Source of the DNA: Candidatus Ornithoclostridium faecigallinarum
Lineage (GTDB): Bacteria; Bacillota; Clostridia; Christensenellales; UBA3700
Length of the DNA stretch: 64,000 nt
Direction of reading: 5' to 3'
Assembly (NCBI GenBank): GCA_018713665.1
Contig: DVOI01000040.1
Location: 1,324 to 65,323, forward strand
Position numbers and translations under genes: made by a program. Each line of letters opens with the position of its first letter. The first letter of the stretch is position 1. Below the pieces are notes generated by a model. The model was not told the DNA's origin. It saw only the letters and a list, made by a program, of their open reading frames with translations, and did no database searches. Below, one piece after another: positions 34,369 to 43,653 of this stretch.

Positions 34369-36267
34369 TCACTTCAAGTCGTCAAGCCATGCCGCGGGGC
34401 ACGCGTCGGACGGCATCTTCCAATCCCCTCTCGGCGACAGAGCGACCGAACCGACCTTGGGCGCGTCGGGCGTGCAGCTGCGCTTGAATTGCTGCGAAAA
34501 GAAGCGGCGGTAGAACTTGGCGAGCGCCGCTTTGAGCGCCCCCTCGTCGACGTCGTCGAACGCGAGTTTTGCCAGCCGCAGCACCTTGCGCGGACGGAAC
34601 CCGTAGCGCATCGCATAATAGAGGAAAAAGTCGTTGAGCTCGTACGAGCCGACGATCTCTTCCGTCTTTTGGACGATCTCGCCGTCCTTTGCCGGGATGA
34701 GCTCGGGACTGATCGGTGTGTCGAGGATGTCGTTGAGCGCACGGCTCGCCGCGGCGTTGCCGCACGTCTCGGCATAGTAGCGGACGACATATCTGATCAG
34801 CGTCTTGGGCACGGACGCGTTGACGCCGTACATCGACATGTGGTCGCCGTTGTAGGTCGCCCAGCCCAGCGCGACTTCGGACAGGTCGCCTGTGCCGACG
34901 ACTATGCCGCCGCACATATTGGCGATGTCCATCAGCACCTGCGTGCGCTCTCGCGCCTGTGCATTCTCGTATGTCACGTCGGTCAGGTCGATGGGATGAT
35001 CGATGTCCGCAAGGTGGACCTTGACCGCCTCGCCTATCTTGACCTCTTTGAAGTCGGCGCCCAGCCCCTCTGCGAGCGTCTCGGCGTTGGAGCGAGTACG
35101 CGACGTCGTACCGAAACACGGCATCGTCACCGCAAGCACGTCTTTGGGCGCAAGCCCGGATATCTTCGCCGCGTCTACGGCGACCAAAAGCGCAAGCGCG
35201 CTGTCAAGCCCTCCCGAAAGCCCGACGACCACTTTTTTGGCGCCCGTGTGCGTTATCCGCTTTGCAAGCGCATTGGCTTGAATCGCGAGGATCAGTTTGC
35301 ACCGCCCCTCTCTGCCCTCGTTGTCGACGGGCACGAACGGCGTACGCGACGGCTTGCGACCGAGCTCGGTCTCGGTGAGTTTGCACTCAAATTCGACCTC
35401 TCGCATTCCGACCGCCGCGCCGAAGGTATTGCGCGCTCTCCTCTCTCTTGCCAATTTGAACACGTCGATGACCGCAACCGCCGCACCTTTGCCGAAAGGC
35501 GCGCTCTCGGCGAGCACCGCCGCGTCCTCGGCAATGATGTCGTGGCCTGCAAACACCGCGTCCGTCGTGCTCTCGCCGACGCCGGCGTCCGCATAGACAT
35601 AACCGCACAGTCCCTTGCCCGACGCCGCGCGCACGAGCAGGCGGCGATATTCCGCCTTGCCGACGATCTCGTCGCTCGCGGACGGGTTGCACACAATCGT
35701 CGCGCCCGCCGCACACAGCTCGGACGACGGCGACTTCGCGCCCCACATATCCTCGCAGATCTCGACGCCGAAACAGAACTCGGACATGCCCTTGCAACGG
35801 AACAGAAGGTCGGCGCCGAACGGAACGACTTGCGCTCCGACGCGCGCCTCTTTCGCGACCGCGTCCTTTGCCGACGCGAAATATCTGCCCTCATAGAATT
35901 CGCCGTAATTGGGGATCGAGGTCTTGGGAACGACGCCGACCACCCTGCCGCCGTTCAGAACGGCCGCGCAATCGTACAGCTTGCCGTCCGCCCTGACGGG
36001 CGCGCCTACGACGACGGCGCAATCGCTCTTCGCCGTCTTTTGCGCGATTGAGAGCAACGCCGCGTCCGACGCGTCGAGCAACGCGTCCTGCGTGAGCAGG
36101 TCCGCAACGGTATAGCCGGTCACCGCCATCTCGGGGAACACGATCAATTTGCAGCCCTTCGCCGCATATTCGGCGGCAAGCGCGGCGATCGCGTCCGCGT
36201 TGAACGCGGTATCGGCGACTTTGCACGGCGGAGTGAGCGCCGCGACTTTGACGAATCCGTCTTTCAT
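34369..36267 (-). CDS. nadE: Glutamine-dependent NAD+ synthetase (CN-hydrolase plus NAD synthetase domains)
   Basis: Start MKDGFVKVAALTP at 36267. The CN-hydrolase part has FPEMAVTGY and GVEICEDMW. The synthetase P-loop is GLSGGLDS. Confidence 0.9.
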   Translation of the reverse strand: MKDGFVKVAALTPPCKVADTAFNADAIAALAAEYAAKGCKLIVFPEMAVTGYTVADLLTQDALLDASDAALLSIAQKTAKSDCAVVVGAPVRADGKLYDCAAVLNGGRVVGVVPKTSIPNYGEFYEGRYFASAKDAVAKEARVGAQVVPFGADLLFRCKGMSEFCFGVEICEDMWGAKSPSSELCAAGATIVCNPSASDEIVGKAEYRRLLVRAASGKGLCGYVYADAGVGESTTDAVFAGHDIIAEDAAVLAESAPFGKGAAVAVIDVFKLARERRARNTFGAAVGMREVEFECKLTETELGRKPSRTPFVPVDNEGREGRCKLILAIQANALAKRITHTGAKKVVVGLSGGLDSALALLVAVDAAKISGLAPKDVLAVTMPCFGTTSRTRSNAETLAEGLGADFKEVKIGEAVKVHLADIDHPIDLTDVTYENAQARERTQVLMDIANMCGGIVVGTGDLSEVALGWATYNGDHMSMYGVNASVPKTLIRYVVRYYAETCGNAAASRALNDILDTPISPELIPAKDGEIVQKTEEIVGSYELNDFFLYYAMRYGFRPRKVLRLAKLAFDDVDEGALKAALAKFYRRFFSQQFKRSCTPDAPKVGSVALSPRGDWKMPSDACPAAWLDDLK

Positions 36268-36418
36268 ATCCACTCCCTGCCGCATATGCGGCGAAACGTT
36301 TGCATTTGCGCGCACGATGTAGTATATTATTATAGCCTTTGAGGCAATAACCCTTCGGCACGCCGTTCATTGATATTTTATTTTATTTGGCGCGGCTTGT
36401 CAATTGCACGGATAACAA

Positions 36419-38149
36419 ATGCGTAAATTGGTCAGGTATTTGAAGAATTACAAGCTCAATCTCACCTTGGGTCCGCTCGCAAAGCTGACGGAGGCGATCT
36501 TTGAGCTGATCGTCCCCCTCGTGATGTCCGACATCATCGACAACGGCATCGACGGCGACGGCGGCATCGAATATGTGCTCTCGCACGGCGCGATCATGGT
36601 CGCTCTCGGCGTGATGGGGCTTGCGTGCGCGCTCACCTGCCAATACCTTGCGGCAAAGTGCTCGCAGGGCTTCGGCACCGAGCTGCGCAACGACCTTTTC
36701 CGCCACATCAACACACTGTCGTTCAAGGAGCTGGACAAGTTCGGCACGCCGTCCATCGTCAACCGCCTGTCCTCGGACGTCAATCAATTGCAATATATGG
36801 TCGCGATGCTGATTCGTCTCGTCATTCGCGCGCCCTTCCTCGTGATCGGCGCGGCGGTCATGGCGATGACGATCAACCTCAAGCTGTCGCTGGTGTTCAT
36901 CGCGGCGGCGCCGCTCATCGCTGTCGCGCTCTACTTCATCATGTCGCGCAGCATCCCCCTCTACAAGAACGTACAGCAAAAGCTGGACAAAGTCGCGCAG
37001 ATCACGCGCGAAAACCTCTCCGGCGTGCGCGTCGTCCGCGCCTTCTCCGAACAGGAATACGAAAAAGACCGCTTTGACAAGTCGGCGGACGAATTGACGC
37101 GCGGCGCGATCGTCGTCGGACGCATCTCCGCGCTGCTCAACCCCGCGACCTTCGTCATCATCAACGCAGCGATCATCGCGATCCTTTGGTTCGGAGGCGG
37201 ACTTGTCAACACCGGCGAAATGACGCAGGGCGAGGTGTTCGCGTTCGTCAACTATATGACGCAAATCTCGCTCGCGCTCGTCGTCGTCGCCCAACTCGTC
37301 GTCACCGTCACCAAAGCGATCGCGTCGGGCACGCGCGTCGTCGAACTGCTCGACGCGACTCCCTCGATCACCGACGACGGCAACACCGAGGTCGACACCT
37401 CCGTCGACTCCCCTGCGGTCAAATTCGACCATGTCTCCTTTGGCTACAACGAGGGCAAATACACGCTGACCGACCTCACTCTGACCGTACCGCGCGGCGC
37501 GAGCGTGGGCGTCATCGGCGGCACAGGCAGCGGCAAGTCGACGCTGGTCAACCTGCTTGCGCGCTTTTACGACGTGTCCGAAGGCAGCGTCGAGCTGTTC
37601 GGGACGGACGTCAAAAAATATCCGCTCAAACAATTGCGCCGCACCGTCGCGTATGTGCCGCAAAACACGATGCTCTTTTCGGGCACGATACGCTCCAATC
37701 TGCTGATGGGCGGACGCGACGCGGACGACGAGACGCTGTGGAAGTGCCTCGAAACAGCGCAGGCGGCGTCCTTTGTCCGCGAAAAGGAAAAGGGCTTGGA
37801 TTCGGTCGTGATGCAGGGCGGCAAGAACTTCTCGGGAGGGCAGCGCCAACGCCTTGCGGTCGCGCGCGCTCTCGCCGCTAACTCCGACATCCTTGTCCTC
37901 GACGACTCGTCGTCCGCGCTCGACTTTGCGACCGACCTCAACATGCGCACCGCGATCAACGCGACTCGCGGCGACACGACGCTCTTCCTCGTCTCGCAGC
38001 GCGCGACTTCGCTCAAAGACTGCGACGTCATTGTCGTCCTCGACGGCGGACTCGTCGCCGGCATTGGCAAACACGACGACTTGCTCAAAACTTGCGACGT
38101 GTATCGCGAAATTTACCTCTCTCAAACGGACGGAGGTGCCAAGCAATGA
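36419..38149 (+). CDS. ABC exporter, fused permease/ATPase (heterodimer subunit 1)
   Basis: Six-TM N-terminal half, Walker A GGTGSGKST, signature FSGGQRQR and Walker B ILVLDD. Confidence 0.9.
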   Translation: MRKLVRYLKNYKLNLTLGPLAKLTEAIFELIVPLVMSDIIDNGIDGDGGIEYVLSHGAIMVALGVMGLACALTCQYLAAKCSQGFGTELRNDLFRHINTLSFKELDKFGTPSIVNRLSSDVNQLQYMVAMLIRLVIRAPFLVIGAAVMAMTINLKLSLVFIAAAPLIAVALYFIMSRSIPLYKNVQQKLDKVAQITRENLSGVRVVRAFSEQEYEKDRFDKSADELTRGAIVVGRISALLNPATFVIINAAIIAILWFGGGLVNTGEMTQGEVFAFVNYMTQISLALVVVAQLVVTVTKAIASGTRVVELLDATPSITDDGNTEVDTSVDSPAVKFDHVSFGYNEGKYTLTDLTLTVPRGASVGVIGGTGSGKSTLVNLLARFYDVSEGSVELFGTDVKKYPLKQLRRTVAYVPQNTMLFSGTIRSNLLMGGRDADDETLWKCLETAQAASFVREKEKGLDSVVMQGGKNFSGGQRQRLAVARALAANSDILVLDDSSSALDFATDLNMRTAINATRGDTTLFLVSQRATSLKDCDVIVVLDGGLVAGIGKHDDLLKTCDVYREIYLSQTDGGAKQ

Positions 38150-39891
38150 AGACAAAAGAGACATTGAAACGCATCGTCGGCTACATCTCCCCCTACAAGG
38201 GCTATGTCGCGCTGTCGCTGATCTCGGCAATCCTGTCGGTCGCGGCTACGCTGGCGGCGCCCGTCTGCATTGGCAAGGCGATCGACTATATCATCGGCCC
38301 CGGCAACGTCGACTTCACAACGGTCGGCAAGTATATCGCGCTGATCGGCGGCACGATCGTCGTCGGCGGCGTCTTCCAATGGACGCTGTCGCTTGCGACC
38401 AACAAGCTCGCGTTCCTCGCAGTCAACGAGATGCGCAAACAGCTGTTCGCCCACATCGACCGCCTGCCGCTGTCGTACATCGACTCGCACGCGCACGGCG
38501 ACCTCATCACCCGCATGGCAAGCGACATCGAGCAGATCTCCAACGGCATATTGCAGGGCTTCTCACAGCTCTTGACGGGCGTGTTCACGATCGCCGGCAC
38601 GCTGGGCATCATGCTCGCGATCCAATGGCAGGTCGCGCTGGTCGTCATCGTCATCACTCCCCTTTCGCTGTTCGTCGCGACATTCGTCGCCAAGCACTCC
38701 AACGCGATGTTCCGCAAGCAGTCGGACACGCAGGGCAAGCTGGGCGGTTACAGCGAAGAGATGCTCGAAGGACAGCGCATCGTCGCCGCGTTCGGCTATG
38801 AAGAAGAGGCGCAAAAGACGTTTGAGGAGATCGACGCCGTCCTCTACAAATACGGCGTAAAATCGCAATTTTACAGCTCGCTGACCAACCCGTGCACCCG
38901 CTTTGTAAACAACCTCGTCTATGCGGCGGTCGGCATCATAGGCGCGGTGATTGCGATCCTCTACGGCACGATGAGCGCGGGCACGCTGTCCACTTTCCTC
39001 ATCTACGCCAACCAATACACCAAGCCGTTCAACGAGATCACCGGCGTCATCACCGAACTGCAAACCGCGTTTGCGTGCGCAAGGCGCGTGTTCGCCGTCT
39101 TGGACGAGCCCGAAGAGAGCCCCGACGACGACTTGCCCGAGATCGAAGAGTGCCTCGGCACCGTCGAGTTCGACGACGTCTGCTTCGGCTACTCGCCCGA
39201 CAAGCCGCTGTTGCAACACATCGACGTAAAGGCGGATAAAGGCAAAAAGATCGCAATCGTCGGCCCCACCGGCTGCGGCAAGACGACAATGATCAATCTG
39301 CTGATGCGCTTCTATGACGTGGACAGCGGCGAGATCCGCGTGTCCGACGCGCCCGTCAAATCGGTCAAACGCAACTCGTTGCGCGGTCAATTCGGAATGG
39401 TGCTCCAAGACACTTGGCTGTTCGAAGGCACCGTCCGCGACAACATCGCCTACGGCAGACGCGGCGCGACCGACGAAGAAGTCATCGCCGCCGCACAAGC
39501 CGCACACGCGCACCGCTTCATCAGCAAGCTCGCAGACGGCTACGACACCGTGATCACCGAAAGCGGCGGCAACCTGTCGCAAGGACAGCGGCAATTGCTG
39601 TGTATCGCGCGTATCATGCTCACACATCCGCCCATGCTCATCCTCGACGAGGCGACGTCCAACATCGATACCCGCACCGAGATCCGCATCCAAAAGGCGT
39701 TCGCCGAGATCATGAAGGGGCGCACCAGCTTCATCATCGCCCACCGCCTGTCCACAATCCGCGACGCCGACCTCATCCTCGTGATGAAAGACGGCAACAT
39801 CATCGAACAGGGCACGCACGAACAATTGCTCGACAAGGGCGGATTCTACAAAGAGCTTTACGAGAGTCAGTTCAAAAAAGCTGCGCTTTGA
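38146..39891 (+). CDS. ABC exporter, fused permease/ATPase (heterodimer subunit 2)
   Basis: Start at 38146 (ATGA overlap). Walker A GPTGCGKTT, signature LSQGQRQL and Walker B MLILDEATS. Confidence 0.9.
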   Translation: MKTKETLKRIVGYISPYKGYVALSLISAILSVAATLAAPVCIGKAIDYIIGPGNVDFTTVGKYIALIGGTIVVGGVFQWTLSLATNKLAFLAVNEMRKQLFAHIDRLPLSYIDSHAHGDLITRMASDIEQISNGILQGFSQLLTGVFTIAGTLGIMLAIQWQVALVVIVITPLSLFVATFVAKHSNAMFRKQSDTQGKLGGYSEEMLEGQRIVAAFGYEEEAQKTFEEIDAVLYKYGVKSQFYSSLTNPCTRFVNNLVYAAVGIIGAVIAILYGTMSAGTLSTFLIYANQYTKPFNEITGVITELQTAFACARRVFAVLDEPEESPDDDLPEIEECLGTVEFDDVCFGYSPDKPLLQHIDVKADKGKKIAIVGPTGCGKTTMINLLMRFYDVDSGEIRVSDAPVKSVKRNSLRGQFGMVLQDTWLFEGTVRDNIAYGRRGATDEEVIAAAQAAHAHRFISKLADGYDTVITESGGNLSQGQRQLLCIARIMLTHPPMLILDEATSNIDTRTEIRIQKAFAEIMKGRTSFIIAHRLSTIRDADLILVMKDGNIIEQGTHEQLLDKGGFYKELYESQFKKAAL

Positions 39892-39957
39892 GAGGGCACC
39901 ATTGCGCTGTCCTGCTCAATCGGCTTACGCCTCATATACGCAGGCGCAATGGTTCCC

Positions 39958-40087
39958 GGGGGTACTCACCCTCCACGGGACAAGCGCTCGCTCACCGCTC
40001 GCGGTCCCGTAAGGTGAAGTCCCCGAAGAGCGCGGTCATTCGGGGACTTCGCTATCAAGTCGCGCGAGAAGCGCGGTTTCGCGCGAC
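39958..40087 (+). repeat. Structured element copy 1 (sense to the ABC exporter 3' end): conserved 18-mer plus hairpins H1 and H2
   Basis: The 18-mer gctcgctcaccgctcgcg lies at 39986-40003. H1 (40016-40050) is gaagtccccgaa-GAGCGCGGTCA-ttcggggacttc. H2 (40059-40087) is gtcgcgcga-GAAGCGCGGTT-tcgcgcgac. It is preceded by hairpin 39894-39957. Confidence 0.8.
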
Positions 40088-40160
40088 AAGTGTCGTCATT
40101 TATTCCGCTGTATAAAAGTCAAAACGAACAGTTGCCTTTTACGAACAAGGTTGCGTTCAC

Positions 40161-40282
40161 ATCTCGCCCAACCGCGCTTGGGCGAGATACGATAACGCGG
40201 CTGTCAAATGACCGCGCTCTTTGACAGCCGCCCCTAGCGCGGTCGCGAGCGGTGAGCGAGCGTGCCGCGTGGGAAGGGGTAT
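40161..40282 (-). repeat. Structured element copy 2 (sense to the ilvN-like 3' end): the same 18-mer plus hairpins H4 and H3
   Basis: The reverse complement of 40244-40261 is identical to the 18-mer. H4 (40199-40229) is ggctgtcaaa-TGACCGCGCTC-tttgacagcc. H3 (40161-40188) is atctcgccca-ACCGCGCT-tgggcgagat. The loops are exact reverse complements of the H1 and H2 loops, while the stems are unrelated. Confidence 0.8.
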
Positions 40283-40385
40283 TTTAGGGGAAAACCGAAA
40301 ATAGCGAGTATGAGAAACGGCGACGATTGCATTTGCAATCATCGCCGTTGCGATTCGATGCGTCATTTTCGGGTTGCCCCTAAAA
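40283..40385 (-). other. ~100-nt extended hairpin immediately downstream of the ilvN-like gene
   Basis: The outer helix pairs ttttaggggaaaaccgaaaat (40283-40303) with attttcgggttgcccctaaaa (40365-40385). The inner 14-bp helix pairs 40319-40332 with 40335-40348. Confidence 0.7.
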
Positions 40386-40394
40386 GCGAAGCCG

Positions 40395-40892
40395 TTAAAC
40401 TCCCCTATCTATCGCCGTAATACCCGTGCGGCACACGTTCTTGACGCGCATTCCTTCGCGCGACTTGCAAAGGTCGGAGATTGCGGCGGCGAAGTTGTCT
40501 ATCTTGCGGCTGGTGCCTGTGAGCTCCAAGATCATCGACTTGGACGTGATGTCGAGGATGAGCGCGCCGAATTCGTCGGCGAGCTGAACGATCGAGTTGT
40601 CGAATTGACCGGTCGTGACCACCTTGACAAGGATGAGTTCGCGGCACACGCTGTCCTCTTCTTTGAGGGCGGTGACGTTGATCGTCTCCTCAAGTTTGGA
40701 CGTCTGTTTGATGATCTGATCGAGAGTATTCTCGTCACCTCTCGCGGTGATCGTGATGCGCGAGATCTTGGGGTCGTCCGTCGTCGCGACCGAGAGAGAA
40801 TCGATGTTGAAGCCTCTCCTGCCGAACAGACTGCTGACCCTTGAGAGCACGCCCGAATTGTTGTAAACCACTACCGATACGATATGTTTCAT
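40395..40892 (-). CDS. ilvN: Acetolactate synthase small (regulatory, ACT-domain) subunit-like protein, with no large subunit nearby
   Basis: MKHIVSVVVYNNSGVLSRVSSLFGRRGFNIDSLSV...ELILVKV is the classic IlvN/IlvH pattern. The start at 40892 has SD AGGTGG. Confidence 0.85.
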   Translation of the reverse strand: MKHIVSVVVYNNSGVLSRVSSLFGRRGFNIDSLSVATTDDPKISRITITARGDENTLDQIIKQTSKLEETINVTALKEEDSVCRELILVKVVTTGQFDNSIVQLADEFGALILDITSKSMILELTGTSRKIDNFAAAISDLCKSREGMRVKNVCRTGITAIDRGV

Positions 40893-41023
40893 AATCCACC
40901 TACTCGAGTTGTTTACAACCATTATACACGCTCGCGCGAAGATTGGCAAGAATTTTGGCAATCAACTTGTCGCAATATAAAATATGCGGCGGAAAATTCC
41001 GCCGTATATCGGGATGATTTGCT

Positions 41024-41836
41024 TCAATCAATAAAATCGATCGGCGTGACCTCTGTTTGATCGATGTATGCGTATGTCGCCGCGCCGAATTCTATTTTGC
41101 CTCCGTCGCCGATGCGCGCGGACGCCTCGCCGCTCACTGCCTTGTGACCGTATGCATAATAGAGCCTCAAGATTTCTTCGGTATAGACATAGCCGCCGAA
41201 AACGATCGTTGCGGATTCATACTTCTTACCGCCGTCATTTGACGGCAAGTCGACATACATGCCGACCGGGACATACCCGTTGTCGAACAATACCGCACCC
41301 TCTTCGTCTCCTTGCATTCGGAAGGTATCGACGCCTTCGGCATGACGGAACGCCGCCTCGCCGAATTCGTACTCCGCCTTTCCGTAAACGGCGCCGTTAG
41401 CGACCGAATACAGCACGGTATCCGTGAGGCGATAGCCGGGCATTTTGCTCCAATGCGCCCAAATCTGCACCGTCCATCTCGTGTACTTTTCTTCGACAAT
41501 CTCGCCGTCGGTCGACATCACGCAATACATCTCGAGCCCGTCGTCATATTCTATCATATCGACAAACAGCGCGTCGGACTGCGCAAGCCTGTCTATCACT
41601 TCGTCCGACAGGTCGGCGACGACTTGTTCGTCTACGCCGAGCGAGACCAGCTCCGCCTTCACCACGTCTCTTCCCGAGGCGTCACCGCCCGAGGTCGCGA
41701 CTTTTGCGGACAGATCGAACAAACTTTGCGGATCGTAAAAATCGGATCGTCCCTCGCCGACGGAACATGCGGCAAAAACCGCCGTCATGCACATCAACGC
41801 AACTGCGATTGCCGCAATCAAAGCCTTTGTCTTCAT
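41024..41836 (-). CDS. Hypothetical lipoprotein (270 aa)
   Basis: MKTKALIAAIAVALMCMTAVFAAC lipobox and SD GGAGGTG 5 nt upstream of the ATG at 41836. Confidence 0.75.
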   Translation of the reverse strand: MKTKALIAAIAVALMCMTAVFAACSVGEGRSDFYDPQSLFDLSAKVATSGGDASGRDVVKAELVSLGVDEQVVADLSDEVIDRLAQSDALFVDMIEYDDGLEMYCVMSTDGEIVEEKYTRWTVQIWAHWSKMPGYRLTDTVLYSVANGAVYGKAEYEFGEAAFRHAEGVDTFRMQGDEEGAVLFDNGYVPVGMYVDLPSNDGGKKYESATIVFGGYVYTEEILRLYYAYGHKAVSGEASARIGDGGKIEFGAATYAYIDQTEVTPIDFID

Positions 41837-41978
41837 AAGCACCTCCACAGCTCAACCATATACTAACACAATATTATAAATTTGTCAATACCACTTTTTC
41901 GAAGAAAACCGCAAGACGACACGGGCACAAATTTTCGTGCCCGTGTCGGTTATACACACTTCTTTGCGCATGCCGCTC

Positions 41979-42623
41979 TCAAAAGTATTTGTCCAAAAGC
42001 CGCCTCAATTCGTCCTTTTCATCGAGCGGACGGACGGCGCGTTTACGCGCCTTTTTCTCCTCGACCGCGCGTCGCAGGTCTTCGCCGATCTCCTTCATCC
42101 TGTCGTCGTCGAGCGGCTCTATGCCGGTATAGGGCAAGAACTCGTCGACCGCGCTCTCCCTCTCCTCTTCGGGCGCAAGGTCGATCGGCTCGGGGGCGGC
42201 TTCGTCCTCTTGCGGCAAGTTCTTGGCAAGCACGACCACGCCGTCGCACTTGTCCTCGTACATCGTGCCGCTCTCGCAGCCGAGATACACTTTTTTGCCC
42301 TGTCTTCGCAGCGCATTGAGCAGCGGCAGGCAGTCCACTTCCGCCGCGACCAAAAAGATCGCGTCGACAGGTTCCAGACACGCGACCGCGACCGCGTCGA
42401 TGACTTGGCGAATGTCTATCCTCGTCTTTTTGCGGTTGTGGAGCGGCAGCGACACCTCGGCGCCGTACTCCTTGATGAAGGCGTTGAGCGCGCCGTTCCT
42501 CTTGGCGTTGTAGCCGTAAAATTTGACTTGACAAAAGCGCGCGCCGAGCGTCCGCTCGGCGTCGTAGAGCGCGTCGGCGTTGACCTTGGCCGCGCCCAGA
42601 TCGATCAATGCGGCACAGTTCAT
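41979..42623 (-). CDS. NYN/LabA-like domain protein with an acidic C-terminal tail
   Basis: MNCAALIDLGAAKVN...DAIFLVAAEVDCLPLLNALRRQGKKVY fits the NYN (PIN-like) fold pattern. Confidence 0.65.
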   Translation of the reverse strand: MNCAALIDLGAAKVNADALYDAERTLGARFCQVKFYGYNAKRNGALNAFIKEYGAEVSLPLHNRKKTRIDIRQVIDAVAVACLEPVDAIFLVAAEVDCLPLLNALRRQGKKVYLGCESGTMYEDKCDGVVVLAKNLPQEDEAAPEPIDLAPEEERESAVDEFLPYTGIEPLDDDRMKEIGEDLRRAVEEKKARKRAVRPLDEKDELRRLLDKYF

Positions 42624-42671
42624 AACTCTCCGTGGCAAAACTCGTCTGTGCACCGCGCCGCGCGGTCAATG

Positions 42672-43490
42672 TTACCGCCCCGACGTTTCTCGCTTGTAAA
42701 AAAACAGATATTGCTGGGCGATGCCGGCGTACCTGCCGTACATCTCGCACAACTTTTTGCGCATTTGAGCGTTGGTCGCGTCGCCGCCGACGATGTCGGA
42801 ATAGACCTTGCGTATCCATGTGTCGACCGGAAAGACGTCGTACTTGCGGAACGCGAACAGCAATATGCAATCCGCGACCTTTGGACCCACGCCTTTGAGG
42901 CGGCACAGATACCTGTTCGCCTCGTCGGACGGCATGCCGAACACCCCGTCCAGATCGAAACCGTCCGCGATCCGGCGCGCGGTGTCGGCGAGATATTCCG
43001 CGCGATATCCTGCGCCGAGCGACGCATAAAACGCCTCGTCCTTCGCCGCCATCGCCTCGGGCGACGGGAACGCATATCTGCCCTCGCCGATCTCTTCTCC
43101 GAGCCGCTCGCAGATCCTGTTCAAAATGCCCTTGATCCGCGGTATGTGATTGTTGGCGGAGACGATGAAGCTCATCAGCGTCTCAAACGGCTGTTGGCGC
43201 AAAATGCGGATCCCTCTGCCGTATTCGACCGCCTCGCGCATAAACGGCTTGTCTTGCAGTTCTCCGCGGATCGCGCTGTAATCGGCGCCAAGGTCGAAGT
43301 AGTCGGCGAAATAGTCGGGATCGTCCGAAGAGATGACCGCGCGCGACTCGTCTTGGGTCACGCGGCACAGCTTGTCGCCCGAGATCACGGTGTAGCCGCC
43401 CTCTTCGGGGAAGTAGCGGAACACCTGTCCGCAGTCGAGGATGCGCCTGATGTCAAAGTCTTCTCTCGATACGATGATATCACTTTTCAT
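42672..43490 (-). CDS. ogg: HhH-GPD DNA glycosylase (8-oxoguanine DNA glycosylase type)
   Basis: LDCGQVFRY N-terminal domain. The HhH-GPD loop is LKGVGPKVADCILLFAF followed by FPVDTW. Confidence 0.8.
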   Translation of the reverse strand: MKSDIIVSREDFDIRRILDCGQVFRYFPEEGGYTVISGDKLCRVTQDESRAVISSDDPDYFADYFDLGADYSAIRGELQDKPFMREAVEYGRGIRILRQQPFETLMSFIVSANNHIPRIKGILNRICERLGEEIGEGRYAFPSPEAMAAKDEAFYASLGAGYRAEYLADTARRIADGFDLDGVFGMPSDEANRYLCRLKGVGPKVADCILLFAFRKYDVFPVDTWIRKVYSDIVGGDATNAQMRKKLCEMYGRYAGIAQQYLFFYKRETSGR

Positions 43491-43653
43491 ATCGTCTTTC
43501 TCCGCCTGTTTTGCCGAAATCAAACGAATTATAGCACAGATTTGCGACAAAATCAATGCGAAAGCATTCTAAAACCATTTTCTTGTTGAAAATGCGCGCG
43601 CGTTATGATATCATAGTAGAGGCAAATACTTCGGGCCACACAAGGAGAGAATT

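Noticed and set aside
40157-40366. 69-aa minus-strand ORF inside the structured intergenic region
   Set aside because: It spans hairpins H3, H4 and the long hairpin, has no SD and has atypical composition. The region is better explained as structured RNA/DNA.
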